Positions 61,158 to 64,000 of a DNA stretch of 64,000 bases are shown here, piece after piece; position 1 is the stretch's first letter; every line of letters begins with the position of its first letter. Under the pieces are notes generated by a model that saw only the letters and a program-made list of their open reading frames with translations, searched no databases and was not told the DNA's origin. Both the position numbers and the translations under genes were made by a program. The DNA is from an uncultured Clostridia bacterium (GTDB lineage: Bacteria; Bacillota; Clostridia; Oscillospirales; CAG-272), in contig CANPZU010000004.1 of NCBI GenBank assembly GCA_947588825.1, positions 21,649 to 85,648 on the forward strand, written 5' to 3'.

Positions 61158-61931
61158 ATGAGAGCAATTCAGGGTATTGCCACGGCATTAGCGATAGTGT
61201 TTGTGGCTGATGTGAAACAAAATCTAAGAGTATGTTGGATAAGCGCAGGGGTTTCAAGTTTTATCGCCGGATGGTTAGCCGGAAACGTGGACGAGTGGAT
61301 ATACATAGACATTGAAGACCAACACCCGGACAGCATGAGATTTATCAAAGATTGCGAAAAAGCAATCGGGAAAGAAATAAAAATACTTTCCTCGGAGTAC
61401 AGAAACGTAGAGAACGCATGTCGAGCGGGCGGTTTTATCAACAGGCCGAAAATAGGCGCGTACTGCACAAAATACCTAAAGAAAAGAGTTCGGCAAAAGT
61501 GGGAATATGAGCATCAGGATTTTGATATCACGTATATATGGGGATTTGACTTGAAAGAGAAGCATAGGGCGGAGAGGACAGTTGAGGAATATCCGCAATT
61601 TACACATGAATTTCCGTTGATTGAACACTTTCTTTCAAAGCAAGACTGTCATGCGATGATCGAAAATCTTGGAATCAAAAGGCCAGTTATGTATGACATG
61701 GGCTACCCGAACAACAATTGCGTAGGTTGCGTCAAGGGAGGGATGGGATATTGGAACAAAATACGCAAAGATTTTCCAGAAGTATTTGCAAAAAGAGCAA
61801 AGCTTGAAAGGGACTTGTCGAGCAGTTGCATAAATGGGATTTATCTCGATGAACTTGAGCCTGACAGGGGAAACATGGAAATGGAGATATTCCCGGATTG
61901 CAGTATCATGTGTTACTTATCAAGCGAATAA
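61158..61931 (+). CDS. PAPS-reductase-like (adenine-nucleotide alpha-hydrolase) protein
   Basis: WISAGVSS sits in the P-loop position. The C-terminal CVGCVKGGMGYW is typical of phage PAPS-reductase/DndC-like proteins. The start is uncertain, and GTG 61212 is an alternative. Confidence 0.5.
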   Translation: MRAIQGIATALAIVFVADVKQNLRVCWISAGVSSFIAGWLAGNVDEWIYIDIEDQHPDSMRFIKDCEKAIGKEIKILSSEYRNVENACRAGGFINRPKIGAYCTKYLKKRVRQKWEYEHQDFDITYIWGFDLKEKHRAERTVEEYPQFTHEFPLIEHFLSKQDCHAMIENLGIKRPVMYDMGYPNNNCVGCVKGGMGYWNKIRKDFPEVFAKRAKLERDLSSSCINGIYLDELEPDRGNMEMEIFPDCSIMCYLSSE

Positions 61932-61953
61932 TTTTTTGAAAAACGGAGGAACC

Positions 61954-62253
61954 ATGAGAAAGATATCAGCCATGTACCAATATTCCGGCGGCACAAATTA
62001 CCGCCGAACCTGCGGCGAGTGCAGGAACTGCATCCGTGTCACAAGGGGCAAACGGAGCATCTACAAGTGCCTTTCCTACGGAAACACAGCAAGCAACGCG
62101 ACGGACTGGAAGAAAAGCTATGTCGCGTGCCGGGCATTTGACCGAGACCCGCCGAAAATCCCTGTCTTTAAGGCAGGGGCAGGGGCGCAGGAAGAGCCAC
62201 AGATTGATGGGCAGATGAGTATATTTGATTTTGTGGAGGGAGAAGATGGATAA
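61954..62253 (+). CDS. Hypothetical Cys-containing protein
   Basis: The RBS GGAGGA precedes ATG 61954. Confidence 0.55.
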   Translation: MRKISAMYQYSGGTNYRRTCGECRNCIRVTRGKRSIYKCLSYGNTASNATDWKKSYVACRAFDRDPPKIPVFKAGAGAQEEPQIDGQMSIFDFVEGEDG

Positions 62254-62479
62254 GGTTATTTTGATTATGGATAAGCCGGATTGTTGCGGAATGTGCAGAT
62301 TGTCCGGCACTGGGGCGTGCGGAAAGTGGAACATGGAAGATTCCGGGAAATTCCCGAAAGGGTGTCCGCTGAAGCCGTTGCCGAAAGAGATGGGGTTTCA
62401 CGACATTTTTTCGAGCGTGGAATACGCGAAAGGTTGGAACGCCTGCATTGACAGGATTTTGGAGGGGGCGATTGATTGA
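62246..62479 (+). CDS. Hypothetical Cys-rich protein
   Basis: 77 aa, containing CCGMC...C. Confidence 0.5.
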   Translation: MDKVILIMDKPDCCGMCRLSGTGACGKWNMEDSGKFPKGCPLKPLPKEMGFHDIFSSVEYAKGWNACIDRILEGAID

Positions 62480-63054
62480 ATTACAAAAAAGTTTACGCCA
62501 TGAAAGCCGAACGTGAGCGCAAGATAAGCAAAATCTGTCCTGGAATACCGCACAGGAGCGGGATATACGCATTCTACAGAGACGATGAGTCGGGTTTACA
62601 TATGGCATATTGCGGTCAAGCAGTTGACCTTCTTTCAAGATGTGCGTCTCATTTAGCAGAATACGACCATATAGGGCTGAGTCTAAAAAAGAGAGGATTC
62701 TACAGTGAGTATAATCCTTATGGATGGAAACTTGCGTTTCAGGAGTGCAGAAAAGAAGATTTGGACGAAAACGAGCGCGCAACGATTAAAAATTTTGCAG
62801 ACAAAGGCTATCAGCTTTACAACGTGAGCTCCGGCGGGCAGGGAGCAGGACGGACGCAGATAGGAGAATTTAAACCGGCGAAAGGCTACCACGACGGCAT
62901 ACGGCAGGGGCGCAAGTCGCTCGCAAAAGAGATTCTGCACATCATCGACACGCACTTGACCGTCACGCTGAAACCGGGGAAAGAGAATAACAAAGTGTCA
63001 ATCCGGGCGCTTGAAAAGTTTTGGGAACTGCTGAAAGGAGAAGAACAGAAATGA
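62476..63054 (+). CDS. GIY-YIG nuclease-domain protein
   Basis: SGIYAFYRDDESGLHMAYCGQAVDLLSRCASH fits the GIY...Y.G...R pattern. Confidence 0.6.
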   Translation: MNYKKVYAMKAERERKISKICPGIPHRSGIYAFYRDDESGLHMAYCGQAVDLLSRCASHLAEYDHIGLSLKKRGFYSEYNPYGWKLAFQECRKEDLDENERATIKNFADKGYQLYNVSSGGQGAGRTQIGEFKPAKGYHDGIRQGRKSLAKEILHIIDTHLTVTLKPGKENNKVSIRALEKFWELLKGEEQK

Positions 63055-63533
63055 ATATTGATTACAAAAAATTGGAAATGAAATGTTGGTTTGAAGACGA
63101 AAACGGAAATATCGTCGAGAAAGACGACCCGAGAGCATGTTTTTATAGGAATTGCTTCCCTTTGCAACTTCACGAATGCTTAGACGAATATTGCTACCAT
63201 CCCAAAAATCCGATCGTGAAATTTCTTTGCAGGAAAAGTGAAACTTTATACAAATTGTTTTCGAGAGGAAAAGACAAGACGTTTAAATCAATATTTGACT
63301 GCACGACCACATACATGAGCGGTTCGGATTGCATTGTTGCTATGGTGAATAGCGGTGATTTTACTCTTGAACAGGCAATCTGGGTATATGCCAAATCTTG
63401 CGAACGTTGCATGAATGCTCTTTGCTACAAATATCTTGACGGCAAAGAAGGGTATCCAGAATATTCGGAAGAATGGGAAAAAGCTAATACCGTATGCGAT
63501 TTTTGCAGGGAGATGGATTCTCATAAGTGCTGA
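63051..63533 (+). CDS. Hypothetical Cys-rich protein
   Basis: 160 aa from ATG 63051. Confidence 0.55.
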   Translation: MNIDYKKLEMKCWFEDENGNIVEKDDPRACFYRNCFPLQLHECLDEYCYHPKNPIVKFLCRKSETLYKLFSRGKDKTFKSIFDCTTTYMSGSDCIVAMVNSGDFTLEQAIWVYAKSCERCMNALCYKYLDGKEGYPEYSEEWEKANTVCDFCREMDSHKC

Positions 63534-63545
63534 AAGGAGAAGAAG

Positions 63546-63860
63546 ATGGGCGCAAAGAGGGCGATTGAGGAATTGAAAAGCAGAATCGCGCTGATTGACG
63601 GAAAATACAAGAACGACATGAAAGACTATAAGGAGGTTTTGCAGATGGCGGTTGACGCGATAGACAAGCAGATACCCATGCAACCGAGATACGAGGGCGA
63701 CGGATATTGTGACGGAGAGCTTGTATATGACATGGCATATTGCCCGAAATGCGACCATGATTTCGAGTACAACATAAACGACTGGGGCAGTAAATTCTGC
63801 CCGGACTGCGGACAGGCACTCGATTGGAGCGTTGGAGAGGAAGGAGAGGAATCAGAATGA
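63546..63860 (+). CDS. Zinc-ribbon protein
   Basis: CPKCD...CPDCG. Confidence 0.55.
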   Translation: MGAKRAIEELKSRIALIDGKYKNDMKDYKEVLQMAVDAIDKQIPMQPRYEGDGYCDGELVYDMAYCPKCDHDFEYNINDWGSKFCPDCGQALDWSVGEEGEESE

Positions 63861-64000
63861 AACTTAGCGACAAGGGCGGCTTGACAATCGACCGCATGGC
63901 ACACACGCTCATGGAGTTTAACCCGCTGAACGCACACGGCGCGACGTATGAGGACGGATACTTGGCATTCTACCACGAGGAACGGCTTTACTCGGTCAGG
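63857..64000 (+). CDS. 5' end of a CDS running out of the window
   Basis: ATG 63857 overlaps the upstream stop. The frame stays open to the window edge. Confidence 0.5.
   Translation, partial: MKLSDKGGLTIDRMAHTLMEFNPLNAHGATYEDGYLAFYHEERLYSVR

Overview
The window is one continuous stretch of a large temperate-type siphovirus genome (prophage or phage contig). The host is Gram-positive and probably a spore-forming Clostridia-like bacterium.

Gene order:
- Head module: scaffold, lambda-gpE-type major capsid, connector proteins.
- Tail module: major tail protein, G/GT chaperone pair with a U UUU UUA -1 slip site, 1716-aa tape measure, 2317-aa repeat-rich tail protein, Ig-like proteins, GT2-TPR glycosyltransferase, collagen-like fibre.
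- Lysis: 749-aa multidomain endolysin.
- CI/Cro-type switch.
- Early, recombination and replication genes: SSB, RecT, Cas4-like nuclease, small serine recombinase, replisome organiser with internal iterons, G39P-like loader, DNA methyltransferase, PAPS-reductase-like protein, several homing-type nucleases.

Two accessory islands interrupt the structural operons, at about 4.1-9.0 kb and 13.0-21.4 kb.

Most interesting observations:
1. A start-less alternative C-terminal cassette for the collagen-like tail fibre lies inverted just downstream of the gene. It is bounded by an in-frame 13-bp inverted repeat, which is the architecture of an invertible host-range switch.
2. Two 28-codon type I toxin-like ORFs, absent from the ORF track, sit among consensus promoters, a candidate antitoxin sRNA and strong hairpins.
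3. A protein whose C terminus matches a Cas6/RAMP-style glycine-rich loop lies next to a ~690-nt purine-rich non-coding tract.
4. A cluster of Cys/Gly/Met-rich low-complexity proteins is embedded in the head module.
5. No integrase is present next to the repressor.

All family assignments come from motif recognition by eye. No database searches were run.
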